Of a stretch of DNA of 49,384 nt, positions 1-8,845 are shown in pieces (the stretch's first letter is position 1; each line of letters starts with the position of its first letter). The stretch comes from Thermoanaerobaculia bacterium (GTDB lineage Bacteria; Acidobacteriota; Thermoanaerobaculia; Multivoradales; Multivoraceae): contig JAJDZH010000082.1 in the NCBI GenBank assembly GCA_022824725.1, positions 1 through 49,384 of the forward strand, read 5' to 3'. The translations under genes and the position numbers were made by a program. The notes under the pieces are model-generated. The model ran no database searches. It worked only from the letters and a program-made list of their open reading frames with translations, and was not told where the DNA came from.

Positions 1-1538
1 ATGAAAAAGAAGCCGACGTAGATCCAGCGGTAGACCGGAATCGCCCTCGCTCCGAAGAGGTACTCGGTCGAGCGGTCGCCGTAGTACGACCAGGAGATGG
101 CCGTCGACACGGCGAACAGCAGCACGGAGAGCGTGACGATCAGGTCGCCCCGGCTGCCCGGAAGACCGAGGCTGAAGGCGCGGGCGGTCAGTGGCGCACC
201 GTTCAGCAGGGCGTCGCCCTCGATCCGCGGCTCGGCCGCCGCGGTACGGAGGGAACCGTCGGCGGCCAGCTCCAGCCTGCCGCTCCAGGCGGAACCCTCG
301 TCGTCCACCAGGCGCGCGTCGACGATCGTCGCGTTGAGGAACACCAACGAGCCACTGGCGGCTCCGTCGACGACCTCGAGCGCGCCGCCGCCCAGGCCGA
401 AACGCTCCTCCCGCGCCGCCAGCAGCCCGGAGTCGTCTTCCAGCACCCGGTGGATGCCTTCGACCTCGTCGAGACCGAAACTCTGGGGCGCCGCATCGCG
501 CCAGGCGTCCGTCGTCACGATCACCAGGCCGGTCATCGTGCAGATGACCAGGGTGTCGATGAAGGGCTCCAGCGAGGCCACGAGACCCTCGCGAACCGGT
601 TCGTCCGTCTTGGCCGTGGCGTGCGCGATCGGCGCGCTGCCCTGCCCCGCCTCGTTGCTGAACAGACCGCGCCGGATGCCCCACATCATCGTCATCAGGA
701 AGGAACCCGCGGCGCCGCCGACCATCGAGGTCGGCCGGAACGCCTGCTCCACGATCAGGGCGAAGCTCGCCGGCACGCTCTCGATGTTCGCGAGCAGGAT
801 GAAGAGGGCGCCGCCAACGTAGATCACGGCCATGCCGGGCGCGAGAATGGAGGTCACCCTGCCGATGCGGCGGATGCCGCCGATGATCACGAGGGCCACG
901 AGCGAGGCGAACACCAGGCCGCTCCAGACCGGCGCCAGGCCGAACTGGGACTCGAGCTGATCGGCCATCGTGTTCGCCTGGTTCATGTTGCCGGTGCCGA
1001 ACGAGCAGATGACGGCCAGGCCGGCGAACAGCATGGCCATCCACTTCCAGTTCGCTCCCAGGCCCTTCTCGATGTAGTACATGGGACCGCCGGAGACGGA
1101 ACCGTCCCCGTGCACGCGCCGGTACTCCACCGCCAGCGTGCACTCGGCGAACTTGAGCGCCATGCCGAAGAACGCCGTCACCCACATCCAGAACAGCGCC
1201 CCGGGACCGCCCATGCGAATAGCGATCGCGACCCCGGCAATGTTGCCGATGCCCACCGTCGCCGAAAGGGCCGTGGTCAGCGCCTGGAAGTGAACGAGGT
1301 CGCCTTCGTCTTCCGGGTCGTTGTACCTGCCGCCGAGAATCGCCCAGGCGTGCCGGAAACCCCGCAACTGGATCAGGCCCAGCCGAATCGTCACGAACAG
1401 GCCGGTGCCCAGCAACACGAGGGCGAGGATGGGCGCCTGCGGCGGCGTGTTCCAGACCAGGCCCTCCAGCCACCCGGCCACCGGTCCGAGCAGCCCGTTC
1501 ACACCATCCGCAATCGAACCGAACACCTGCTCGGGCAT
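1..1538 (-). CDS. alanine/glycine:cation symporter (AGCS family); C-terminus runs off the left window edge
   Basis: Absent from the ORF track because there is no stop inside the window. Hand translation of the minus strand from ATG 1538..1536 (GGAGG 9 nt upstream, overlapping the thrC stop) is open for all 512 codons. It gives FQALTTALSATVGIGNIAGVAIAIRMGGPGALFWMWVTAFFGMALKFAECTLAVEYR, GGPMYYIEKGL, SNEAGQGSAPIAHA and WSYYGDR, which are the conserved AGCS blocks. Confidence 0.85.
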   Translation of the reverse strand, partial: MPEQVFGSIADGVNGLLGPVAGWLEGLVWNTPPQAPILALVLLGTGLFVTIRLGLIQLRGFRHAWAILGGRYNDPEDEGDLVHFQALTTALSATVGIGNIAGVAIAIRMGGPGALFWMWVTAFFGMALKFAECTLAVEYRRVHGDGSVSGGPMYYIEKGLGANWKWMAMLFAGLAVICSFGTGNMNQANTMADQLESQFGLAPVWSGLVFASLVALVIIGGIRRIGRVTSILAPGMAVIYVGGALFILLANIESVPASFALIVEQAFRPTSMVGGAAGSFLMTMMWGIRRGLFSNEAGQGSAPIAHATAKTDEPVREGLVASLEPFIDTLVICTMTGLVIVTTDAWRDAAPQSFGLDEVEGIHRVLEDDSGLLAAREERFGLGGGALEVVDGAASGSLVFLNATIVDARLVDDEGSAWSGRLELAADGSLRTAAAEPRIEGDALLNGAPLTARAFSLGLPGSRGDLIVTLSVLLFAVSTAISWSYYGDRSTEYLFGARAIPVYRWIYVGFFF

Positions 1539-1553
1539 CGCGCAGAGCCTCCC

Positions 1554-2717
1554 CTAGACGTAGTTGGCCGGATGGCCGGTAGCGAAGACCAGCACGGACT
1601 CGCCGCGACGGATGGTACCGGAGTCCCTGAGCTCCACGACCGCCGCCAGCGCTGCCGCGGTCTCGGGGCCGATCAGGAGCCCCTCCCGCGCCGCCATTCT
1701 CCGCGTCATCTCCGCCACCGCGTCCTCCTCGACGGCGACCGCCGTTCCACCGCTCTCGCGCACCGCGCGCAGGACCAGAAAATCGCCGATCGCTCGCGGC
1801 ACCCGCAGGCCCCAGACCCGGGTATCCGGCGCCTCCCAGGGATTCGCATGCTCGCCGCCCTCCTCGCAGGCCCGCACGATCGGTGCGCAGCCCGCCATCT
1901 GGACGACCGCGAACTTCGCGGGCGGTCCGCTCAGAAGGCCCAGCCCGCGGAGTTCGGCGAAGGCCTTCGCCATGCCGACGATGCCGGTGCCACCCCCGGT
2001 CGGGTAGACGATCCAGTCCGGCAGCCGCCAGCCGAACTGTTCGGCGACCTCGAAGCCCATCGTCTTCTTGCCCTCGACGCGGTACGGCTCGCGAAGGGTG
2101 GAAAGATCCCAGAAACCGCCGCCACGTTCCTGGAGCGCGGCGCCTGCGTCGACGAGGGTGCCGCCCGACTCGATCACCTCCGCGCCGAACCCACGGCAAC
2201 GCTCAGCAACGGTCGCCGGAGTGTCCTCCGGCAGCCCCACGCGGCAGGGCAACCCGGCCGCTGCTGCGTAGGCCGCGGCCGAGACGCCTGCGTTGCCGGC
2301 GCTCGGAAGCTGGATCCCGGGGGCGCCGAGTTCCCGGGCCCGGTTCACGGCCAGGGAGAGTCCCCGGTCCTTGAACGAGCCCGTCGGGTTTCCCGCCTCG
2401 TTCTTGACGAAGACGCTCACGCCCTCCGGAGCCGCGCGTCGAAGCCGCAGCACGGGAGTGCCGCCCTCGCCCAGATCGACCCGGGCGTGGAAGTCGGACA
2501 CCGGCAGCAACTCGCGGTACCGCCACAGGGTCCACGGTCGCTGACGGAGGTCGCGCGCGAGGGTCTCACCCCGCTGCCGATCCAGTTCGTAGCTTACGAG
2601 CCACGGCTTGCCCGCGGGCGACAGGAAGGCCGGCTCGTCCAGAGGCGCCTCGACCCCGGTTGCGGAGCAAACCAGGCCCCGGGCCCAGCGCTCCATGCTC
2701 TCACTGTCCGCATCCAT
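1554..2717 (-). CDS. thrC: threonine synthase (PLP-dependent, beta family)
   Basis: ORF 1554..2777. Motifs GEGGTPVLRL, NPTGSFKDRGLSLAVNRARELG and SAGNAGVSAAAYAAAAG. The first in-frame ATG after the alternative start is at 2717 (MDADSESMERW...). An ATG at 2696 is also possible. Confidence 0.85.
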   Translation of the reverse strand: MDADSESMERWARGLVCSATGVEAPLDEPAFLSPAGKPWLVSYELDRQRGETLARDLRQRPWTLWRYRELLPVSDFHARVDLGEGGTPVLRLRRAAPEGVSVFVKNEAGNPTGSFKDRGLSLAVNRARELGAPGIQLPSAGNAGVSAAAYAAAAGLPCRVGLPEDTPATVAERCRGFGAEVIESGGTLVDAGAALQERGGGFWDLSTLREPYRVEGKKTMGFEVAEQFGWRLPDWIVYPTGGGTGIVGMAKAFAELRGLGLLSGPPAKFAVVQMAGCAPIVRACEEGGEHANPWEAPDTRVWGLRVPRAIGDFLVLRAVRESGGTAVAVEEDAVAEMTRRMAAREGLLIGPETAAALAAVVELRDSGTIRRGESVLVFATGHPANYV

Positions 2718-2812
2718 CTTCGAACCTGCCGCGCCGACCCTAGCAGCGCTGCTCGCGCGCTGTCGCTCGACACACACAAGCCACTGAAAAACAACAACTT
2801 AGGGGAAAACTG

Positions 2813-2821
2813 TGCTATCAT
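2813..2821 (+). promoter_or_regulatory. candidate extended -10 element (TGcTATCAT) upstream of the pseudokinase gene
   Basis: TG at 2813-2814 and TATCAT at 2816-2821, inside the only AT-rich patch of the thrC/kinase divergent region, 34 nt before ATG 2855. No convincing -35. Confidence 0.25.
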
Positions 2822-2854
2822 AGCGCCCTCGCATCAACTTCTTGGCATTCGCGC

Positions 2855-4666
2855 ATGAGTCAACGAATTGGTCACTTTGAGATTCTCCGCCGCCTCGAAG
2901 CGAAGGCTGGAGCAGCCTCCTATCTCGGTCGCGACACGCGGGACGAAAGCTGCGTCGTCGTCGACACCTGGGTCACGGAGAACGCCGAAGCTCAGGCCCT
3001 GTTCCTGAAGCGGGCCGCCGCGATCGAACAGCTCGAGCATCCCTCGATCGCCCGGATTCTCGACTTCGGAATCGACGGCGCGACATCCTGTCGAATCGAG
3101 CAGTCCCTGGGCATCGAGACCTTGGCGGCCCGACTTGAGCGGTGCGAGACGCTCCCGGTCGGTACGGCTCTGGGCTGGCTCGCGCAGGTTGCACGCGCAC
3201 TGGAGTACGCGCATGGCCGGGGCGTCGTCCACGGAGATATCCACCCCGGCGCCATCACGATTCGCTCCGACGACACCGCTGCGGTCCGGGGTTTCGCGAA
3301 TCCGCGACCGCGGGCGCACGTCAGGTACAGCGCACCGGAGTTGCTGCGCGCCGAGAACGCCGATGTGCGGACGGACGTCTACGCGTTCGGTGTGCTCACG
3401 CATCGCGTGCTGTCCTTCCAGCCCACCGAACGGCCGGCGCCCCAGCGCCGGCTGAAGTCGAAGGACCGGCGTCTCCTGGAAGAGGCGATCAGGGCTCAGC
3501 TCCCGGCGCATGTCGCGAAGTCGCTTGTTTCCGTTCTCGAAGCCTGCCTCAGGGACGATCCCGCCAAGCGTGCAACGCACTTCACCTCCATCGTCGACGC
3601 CCTCGAAGACGCCCGCCGGCATCTCCTCGCCGAGACCACCAGCCACAAAGCGCCGTCGCAGGACGGGCCGAGGGACTGGACGGCAACCTCGGTGCAGACA
3701 CCGCAAACCTCTGCCTCCTCACTGATTGAAGTCGAGATCAACGGAGGCGCCGAGTCTCCGGAGACGACCTCCCCGCCGACTCTCGACCGGGTCGCCGACG
3801 CGATCCGTCGGCCGGCCCGTTCCCGCCTTCGTCGCCGCTGGCTGACTTTCGCCACGGTCGCCGGAACGGCACTCTGGCTCGGCGGCACACTGTGGTGGTC
3901 GAAGGGCAGCCCGCTCGCCGGCTCGGAAGCGCCGGCGCCGCGGAACGAGGCGCCGGTCGAACGGCAGGCTCTGGCCGCGGAGACCGGAAGCGAGGAACCC
4001 GCCACGCAGCCCGTCAGTCCGGGTACGCTCGAGGAACCCGAAGCACCACCCCCGGACGCCGGTCCAGCCGTCAGCCGGGGCATCGGCCGTCTGGCCCTCG
4101 CGCCCGCCTGGGATCCGCACATCACCGTCTCCATCGACGGCGACACGCCCGTGGTCCTCGACCGTAGAAGGGTCTTCGAGGTCGAAGCCGAAGTCGACCA
4201 CGTGCTGACGTTCGAACTCGCCACTCGCGACTACCAGATCCGGGAACAGGTCGTTACCCAGGTCGGCGTCGACCGGCTGCTGGAAACGCCGGTGCCTCTG
4301 GTTCGACCCGGCATGGTCAGTGTCGCGGCGGCGACCGAATCGGAACGCCCCGTTTTCGTCCGCATCGGTGACGAAGCGATCGGCTGGACACCCATCCGCG
4401 ACCTGCCCGTACCGGCCGGCACGCATGTGCTCAGTCTCCTCCGAAACCCCAGGTGGCAACCGGACGACCGGATCGACCAGAAGATCCGGGTCAACGCCAG
4501 GCAGGAAACGACGGTCCAGTTCGACCTCGAATCCGAGCCGGCCGTACTGATCGTCAACGGGCGGAGAATCGTGTACGGTCCACCTCAACCCGAAACGGCG
4601 CCGCAACCGCCGCGGCTCCCGGAGACGTCCACGGCGACCGGGCAGACCACGGCGCCGACGGACTGA
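2855..4666 (+). CDS. membrane-anchored Hanks-type Ser/Thr protein kinase-like protein (predicted pseudokinase) with PEGA-like C-terminal domains
   Basis: 603-aa ORF. The kinase fold is recognisable (EHPSIARILDFG, ALEYAHGRGVVHGDIHPGAI, YSAPE, DVYAFGVL) but catalytic residues are substituted. One TM helix (WLTFATVAGTALWLGGTLWW). C-terminal PEGA-like blocks (VSIDGDTPVVL; VRIGDEAIGWTPIRDLPVPAGTHVLSL). Confidence 0.8.
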   Translation: MSQRIGHFEILRRLEAKAGAASYLGRDTRDESCVVVDTWVTENAEAQALFLKRAAAIEQLEHPSIARILDFGIDGATSCRIEQSLGIETLAARLERCETLPVGTALGWLAQVARALEYAHGRGVVHGDIHPGAITIRSDDTAAVRGFANPRPRAHVRYSAPELLRAENADVRTDVYAFGVLTHRVLSFQPTERPAPQRRLKSKDRRLLEEAIRAQLPAHVAKSLVSVLEACLRDDPAKRATHFTSIVDALEDARRHLLAETTSHKAPSQDGPRDWTATSVQTPQTSASSLIEVEINGGAESPETTSPPTLDRVADAIRRPARSRLRRRWLTFATVAGTALWLGGTLWWSKGSPLAGSEAPAPRNEAPVERQALAAETGSEEPATQPVSPGTLEEPEAPPPDAGPAVSRGIGRLALAPAWDPHITVSIDGDTPVVLDRRRVFEVEAEVDHVLTFELATRDYQIREQVVTQVGVDRLLETPVPLVRPGMVSVAAATESERPVFVRIGDEAIGWTPIRDLPVPAGTHVLSLLRNPRWQPDDRIDQKIRVNARQETTVQFDLESEPAVLIVNGRRIVYGPPQPETAPQPPRLPETSTATGQTTAPTD

Positions 4667-4742
4667 GTCCGCAAGGCCCTTCCTCGGGCCAGGTCGGCAG
4701 CGGCCGGTTGCTGTAGGCTGACCACGAGGACGGCGAGAGACG

Positions 4743-5762
4743 ATGGCCGAGACGATCGAGTTGACGGCGCCGCCCAGGAAAGCCCGTTCCCGGGCTGAGG
4801 AGCCGTCCGCCGCCAGGGACGAGGGAACGCCCCTCGACGTCAGCGTCCTCGTGCCGGTCCTTGACGAGAGTGCGACGGTTTCCACCCTCGCAGAGCGCGT
4901 GCTGGCGAACCTGGACGCCATTCACGTCCGGGCGGAACTCGTGTTCATCGACGACGGCTCGACCGACGGCACGTCCGATGCCGTTCGCCGCGAACACCAG
5001 CGCGATCCCCGGGTGCGGCTCATCCGGTTGCGCCGGAACTTCGGCAAGGCGGCCGCCCTTTCGGCCGGCGTGGATCACTCACGGGGCCGGATTCTCGTCA
5101 CGATGGATGGCGACCTTCAGGACGATCCCGACGAGATTCCGCGCCTGTTGCAGGCGCTCGAAGACGGCCCTCTCGACCTCGTCTCGGGCTGGAAGCGCAC
5201 CCGGCGTGACCCGTGGCGCCGTCGCCTGGCGTCCAGGGTCTTCAACTGGGTGACGCGAACTCTCTCGAACGTCCGGCTGCACGACTTCAACTCCGGCTTC
5301 AAGGCCTACCGCCGGGAGGTCCTGGAGCAGGTCGCCGTGTACGGCGAACTCCATCGCTACATTCCCGTGCTCGCCAGCCGGCGCGGCTTCCTCGTCGGCG
5401 AGATTCCGGTGGCGCACCATCCGCGCCGCGTCGGCCGCAGCCGGTACGGATGGGATCGCTCCTACAAGGGACCCGTGGACCTGATCACGGTCCTGTTCAT
5501 CAGCCGGTTCACCCGCCGCCCGCTGCACCTCTTCGGCCCGATCGGCCTGATCAGCTTCGCCGCCGGTCTGGGTATCTGCGCCTGGCTCGCGACGCTCTGG
5601 TTCGCAGGCGCCTCGCTTTCGAACCGGCCGCTGCTGCTGCTCGGCGTCCTGCTGATGGTCCTGGGCATCCAGATCGTCACGACGGGCCTGATCGGCGAAC
5701 TGATCACCTTCAAGAACTTTCGCCGGCCCGACAGCTACTCGGTGCGAGAGCGGGTCGGCTGA
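4743..5762 (+). CDS. GT2 polyprenyl-phosphate glycosyltransferase (GtrB/ArnC/DPM1-like)
   Basis: VSVLVPVLDE, FIDDGSTDGT, RNFGKAAALSAGVDHSRG and TMDGDLQDDPDEIP, plus two C-terminal TM helices (FGPIGLISFAAGLGICAWL; LLLLGVLLMVLGIQIVTTGLIGELI). Confidence 0.9.
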   Translation: MAETIELTAPPRKARSRAEEPSAARDEGTPLDVSVLVPVLDESATVSTLAERVLANLDAIHVRAELVFIDDGSTDGTSDAVRREHQRDPRVRLIRLRRNFGKAAALSAGVDHSRGRILVTMDGDLQDDPDEIPRLLQALEDGPLDLVSGWKRTRRDPWRRRLASRVFNWVTRTLSNVRLHDFNSGFKAYRREVLEQVAVYGELHRYIPVLASRRGFLVGEIPVAHHPRRVGRSRYGWDRSYKGPVDLITVLFISRFTRRPLHLFGPIGLISFAAGLGICAWLATLWFAGASLSNRPLLLLGVLLMVLGIQIVTTGLIGELITFKNFRRPDSYSVRERVG

Positions 5763-5767
5763 ACCGG

Positions 5768-7048
5768 TTGCCCGGCAGCAGGAGCGCGGACCTGCGCATC
5801 CTCTTCCTCACCCAGACCTACCCTCGCTGGCCCGGCGACACGGCCGGACCGTTCATCCGCGAGCTGGCCCGTGGGTTGGTCCGCACCGGCGACCAGGTCA
5901 CCGTCCTCGTTCCGCGCGCGCCGCAGGTGCGTCGTGCCTGGAACGACGACGGCGTGGATGTGCACTCCTTCTCATATGCCCCCCCTCGAATGGAGGTCCT
6001 CGGCTACGGCCGCAGTCTGGCCGCGGACGAGCATGTACGGCCGGGCGCGGCGCTCGCCGCTCCGCTGTACCTGCTCGCGGCGGCGAAAGCCGTCACCCGG
6101 CACCTCCGCCGCGAACGCTACGATCTGCTCCACGCTCACTGGGTCGCGCCGAACGGGCTCGTAGCCCTCTGGCCGGGTGTACACAGCCGAAAGACGCTGA
6201 TCGCCGCCGGGCTCCACGGCAGCGACGTCTTTCTGGCTGAGAAGGCGGTCGCTCGCCCGGCCATCCGTCGGGCCCTGTCCCGCTGCGGCCTTCTCACCGG
6301 ATGCTCGCCCGAACTCGTCGAGAGAGTCCAGCGGATCGGCTACCAGGGCAAACCGTCCCGCGTCATCCCCTACGGCGTCGATACCGACATGTTCCGCCCG
6401 GCCGCGGAACTCGGGGGCGAGCAGGACGTGGAACCCTGGCGCGAACGCCTGGACATTCCGGGAGACGCCACCGTCCTGCTCGGCGTCGGCCGCCTGGCCA
6501 CGAAGAAGGGCTTCCAGGTGCTGATCGATGTTCTGCCCCGACTGCTCTCCGACTTCAGCGACCTGCACGCGATCATCGCCGGCGACGGCGATCAGATGGA
6601 AGGCTTCCGAGGGGCAGTCAATGGCTGGAAGCCCGATCACACGGGCCGTGTCCATCTTCCCGGCGCTGTCGCCCACGACGATCTGCCCGGCCTCTACCGC
6701 TGCGCGGACCTCTTCGTCCTACCCGCCGTTCACGATCCGCAGGGCAACGTCGACGGCCTGCCCAACGTGATCCTGGAAGCCCTGGCAAGCGGGCTGCCGG
6801 TGGTCGCGACCACGGTTTCCGGTATCCCTCTCGCGGTGGAGTCGGGAGCGCAGGGAATCCTCGTTCCGGAGCAGGATCGCGCCGCTCTGAGGGAGGCGAT
6901 CGCGGGTCTCATCGCCAACCCGGAGGAGCGGCGCCGGATGGGCGCCCGCGCCCGCGGCCGGGCCGTCGCCCACCTGACCTGGGACATCGTGGCGGGTAGG
7001 TACCGGCAGGCCTACCTCGACGCCCTGGCGGACGGCGCCCAGCCATGA
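5768..7048 (+). CDS. GT4 (group 1) glycosyltransferase
   Basis: The frame of ORF 5213..7048 becomes protein-like only after the GT2 stop: LRILFLTQTYPRWPGDTAGPF..., VGRLATKKGF, GLPNVILEALASGLPVVAT. There is no in-frame ATG near the N-terminus; I chose TTG 5768, so the start is uncertain. Confidence 0.75.
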   Translation: MPGSRSADLRILFLTQTYPRWPGDTAGPFIRELARGLVRTGDQVTVLVPRAPQVRRAWNDDGVDVHSFSYAPPRMEVLGYGRSLAADEHVRPGAALAAPLYLLAAAKAVTRHLRRERYDLLHAHWVAPNGLVALWPGVHSRKTLIAAGLHGSDVFLAEKAVARPAIRRALSRCGLLTGCSPELVERVQRIGYQGKPSRVIPYGVDTDMFRPAAELGGEQDVEPWRERLDIPGDATVLLGVGRLATKKGFQVLIDVLPRLLSDFSDLHAIIAGDGDQMEGFRGAVNGWKPDHTGRVHLPGAVAHDDLPGLYRCADLFVLPAVHDPQGNVDGLPNVILEALASGLPVVATTVSGIPLAVESGAQGILVPEQDRAALREAIAGLIANPEERRRMGARARGRAVAHLTWDIVAGRYRQAYLDALADGAQP

Positions 7049-7785
7049 ACCGGCCAGGCGGCCACGAAGCGATCGAGCCGCGACGTCGAGGGCTCTGGTG
7101 GACGATCCTGGCCGCAGCGATGACGCTGCCCACGATCGCCTCGCTCGCCTACTTCGTCTGGCTCGAGGGGACGGTCTGGGTCGCACCCGTCTACCTCGGA
7201 GCAAAGGCGCTCCAGTTCGCCGGACCGTTGGCGGCCCTGGGCCTTCTGCTGGCGGCCGCCTTCGGCCCCTCCAGGCCGGGCCGATCGATCGCCCTCGGGC
7301 TGGGCACCGGCATCGCGGGGGCCGGCTTCACCTGGCTGGCCTATGCCGTTCTGTTTGGCGGCGGCGAGATGGCCGCGACCGCCGCCGGGGCGATCACGGT
7401 CAAACTGGCCGACTTCCATCTCGACACGCTCGAGCGCTACATCGTCGCGGCGCTCCTGATCAGCTTCGTCCACTCCTGGCTCGAGGAGGTCTACTGGCGG
7501 GCCTTCGTCTACGGCAGGCTCCGCCGTCTGATTTCCTCCAGGTGGTCGCACCTGGTGGCAGCCATCGGCTTTGCCGCTCATCACGTGGTCGTCATCGGCG
7601 TCTATCTTGGCGATACCTCGATCCTGGTCCTGACCCTCATGTCGCTGCCGGTCGTCCTCGGAGGCGTCCTCTGGTCGCTGCTCTACCGCACGACGGGCAA
7701 CCGTCTGCTGGCGCCCTGGCTCAGCCACGTCTGCTTCGACCTCGCGATCATGGCCGTGGGCTACGAGTTGATCTTCGCCGGTTGA
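7045..7785 (+). CDS. CPBP family intramembrane glutamic endopeptidase (CAAX protease/Abi-like)
   Basis: ATGA overlap with the GT4 stop. Polytopic membrane protein carrying the three CPBP motifs: EEVYWR (EExxxR), FAAHH (FxxxH) and HVCFD (HxxxD/N). Confidence 0.85.
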   Translation: MNRPGGHEAIEPRRRGLWWTILAAAMTLPTIASLAYFVWLEGTVWVAPVYLGAKALQFAGPLAALGLLLAAAFGPSRPGRSIALGLGTGIAGAGFTWLAYAVLFGGGEMAATAAGAITVKLADFHLDTLERYIVAALLISFVHSWLEEVYWRAFVYGRLRRLISSRWSHLVAAIGFAAHHVVVIGVYLGDTSILVLTLMSLPVVLGGVLWSLLYRTTGNRLLAPWLSHVCFDLAIMAVGYELIFAG

Positions 7786-8834
7786 AGCCCGAGCTCCTCG
7801 CGCGCGACCGGCAGCCCCTGTTCGCGCAGCCAGTCGTCGTTGTAGATCGTGCTCAGGTACCGGGTCCCCGAATCGGGAAACAGCGTCACGACCCGGGCGC
7901 CCGGCCGAAGTTCCGGCAGCATCTGCCGCACGCCCCAGAGCGCCGCGCCGCTTGAACCACCCACGAGCATCGCTTCGTGCCGTGCCAGTCCGCGGGCCGC
8001 AAGGAACGCCTCGGCGTCGCTGACCTGGAGCATCCGGTCGAAGACCTCGAACTCCGGACAGTCGATGATCTCTTCGTCCCCCAGTCCTTCGAGCAGGTAG
8101 CGGCCCGCCGGCGCGGACGCGTCGGAGGCTCCGGAGAGAGCCGCGAAGTGGCGGCTGAACACGGACCCTTCGACATCGACCGCCACGACCTGGATGGCCG
8201 GATCCCTCTCTTTCAGGAAGCGGCCCACCCCTGAAACCGTGCCGCCGGTGCCGATGCCACCCACGAAGACGTCGATCCGGCCCTCCATCTGATCCCAGAT
8301 CTCCGGAGCCGTCGTCTCGTAGTGGCACTCGTTGTTGTCCCGGTTGTTGTGCTGGTCCGGAAAGAAGGCTCCCGGCTCGGCCGCTACCAGGCTCCGGGCC
8401 TTCCGGTTGTACGACTCCGGGTGCTCGGGGTCCAGATCGCCGTCGACCAGGACGAGTTCGACCCCCAGAGCCCGCAGGCAATCGAGCTTCTCGCGGCTGG
8501 TCTGGCGACGGACGACCGCGCGGCAGCGCAGTCCGCGGGTCGTGGCCATCATGGCCAGGCCCATCGCCGTGTTGCCGGAGGACGCCTCGATCACCAGCCC
8601 GCCGGGTTCGAGCGCGCCGGACGCGAGCGCGCGATCCACGAGGTACCGCGCGACCCGGTCCTTCACGCTGCCCATCGGGTTGAGGTACTCGAGCTTCGCG
8701 AACACCTCGACGCCGGCGCCGGCGTCGCCCAGGGAACGCCGGAGACGGACCATCGGCGTACCGCCGATCGCCCCGCAGACGTCCTCGCAGACGCCCGGGG
8801 GAACTCCTTCGGACCGGTTGACCGCCGCCTTCAA
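7761..8834 (-). CDS. cysteine synthase / cystathionine beta-synthase family PLP enzyme
   Basis: GGTPMVRL, LNPMGSVKDRVARYLV, SSGNTAMGLAMMA and GGIGTGGTVSGVG. The 3' end overlaps the CPBP gene by 25 nt (convergent). Confidence 0.85.
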   Translation of the reverse strand: MKAAVNRSEGVPPGVCEDVCGAIGGTPMVRLRRSLGDAGAGVEVFAKLEYLNPMGSVKDRVARYLVDRALASGALEPGGLVIEASSGNTAMGLAMMATTRGLRCRAVVRRQTSREKLDCLRALGVELVLVDGDLDPEHPESYNRKARSLVAAEPGAFFPDQHNNRDNNECHYETTAPEIWDQMEGRIDVFVGGIGTGGTVSGVGRFLKERDPAIQVVAVDVEGSVFSRHFAALSGASDASAPAGRYLLEGLGDEEIIDCPEFEVFDRMLQVSDAEAFLAARGLARHEAMLVGGSSGAALWGVRQMLPELRPGARVVTLFPDSGTRYLSTIYNDDWLREQGLPVAREELGLQPAKINS

Positions 8835-8845
8835 GGTAGCGAAGA

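Noticed and set aside
1539-1553. Glycine riboswitch, which is often found upstream of AGCS symporters
   Set aside because: Only 15 nt separate the thrC stop from the AGCS start, so there is no room for a riboswitch aptamer.
450-2858. 802-aa plus-strand ORF spanning the AGCS and thrC loci. The same pattern applies to 16004..18556, 14225..15874, 22869..24710, 24935..26419, 27558..29237, 30481..32451, 39582..41405, 47883..49169 and 7012..8481
   Set aside because: Same reasoning: each is antisense to, or frame-shifted against, a gene with strong family motifs, and each has a biased R/P/G/A/D composition. None shows a conserved motif.
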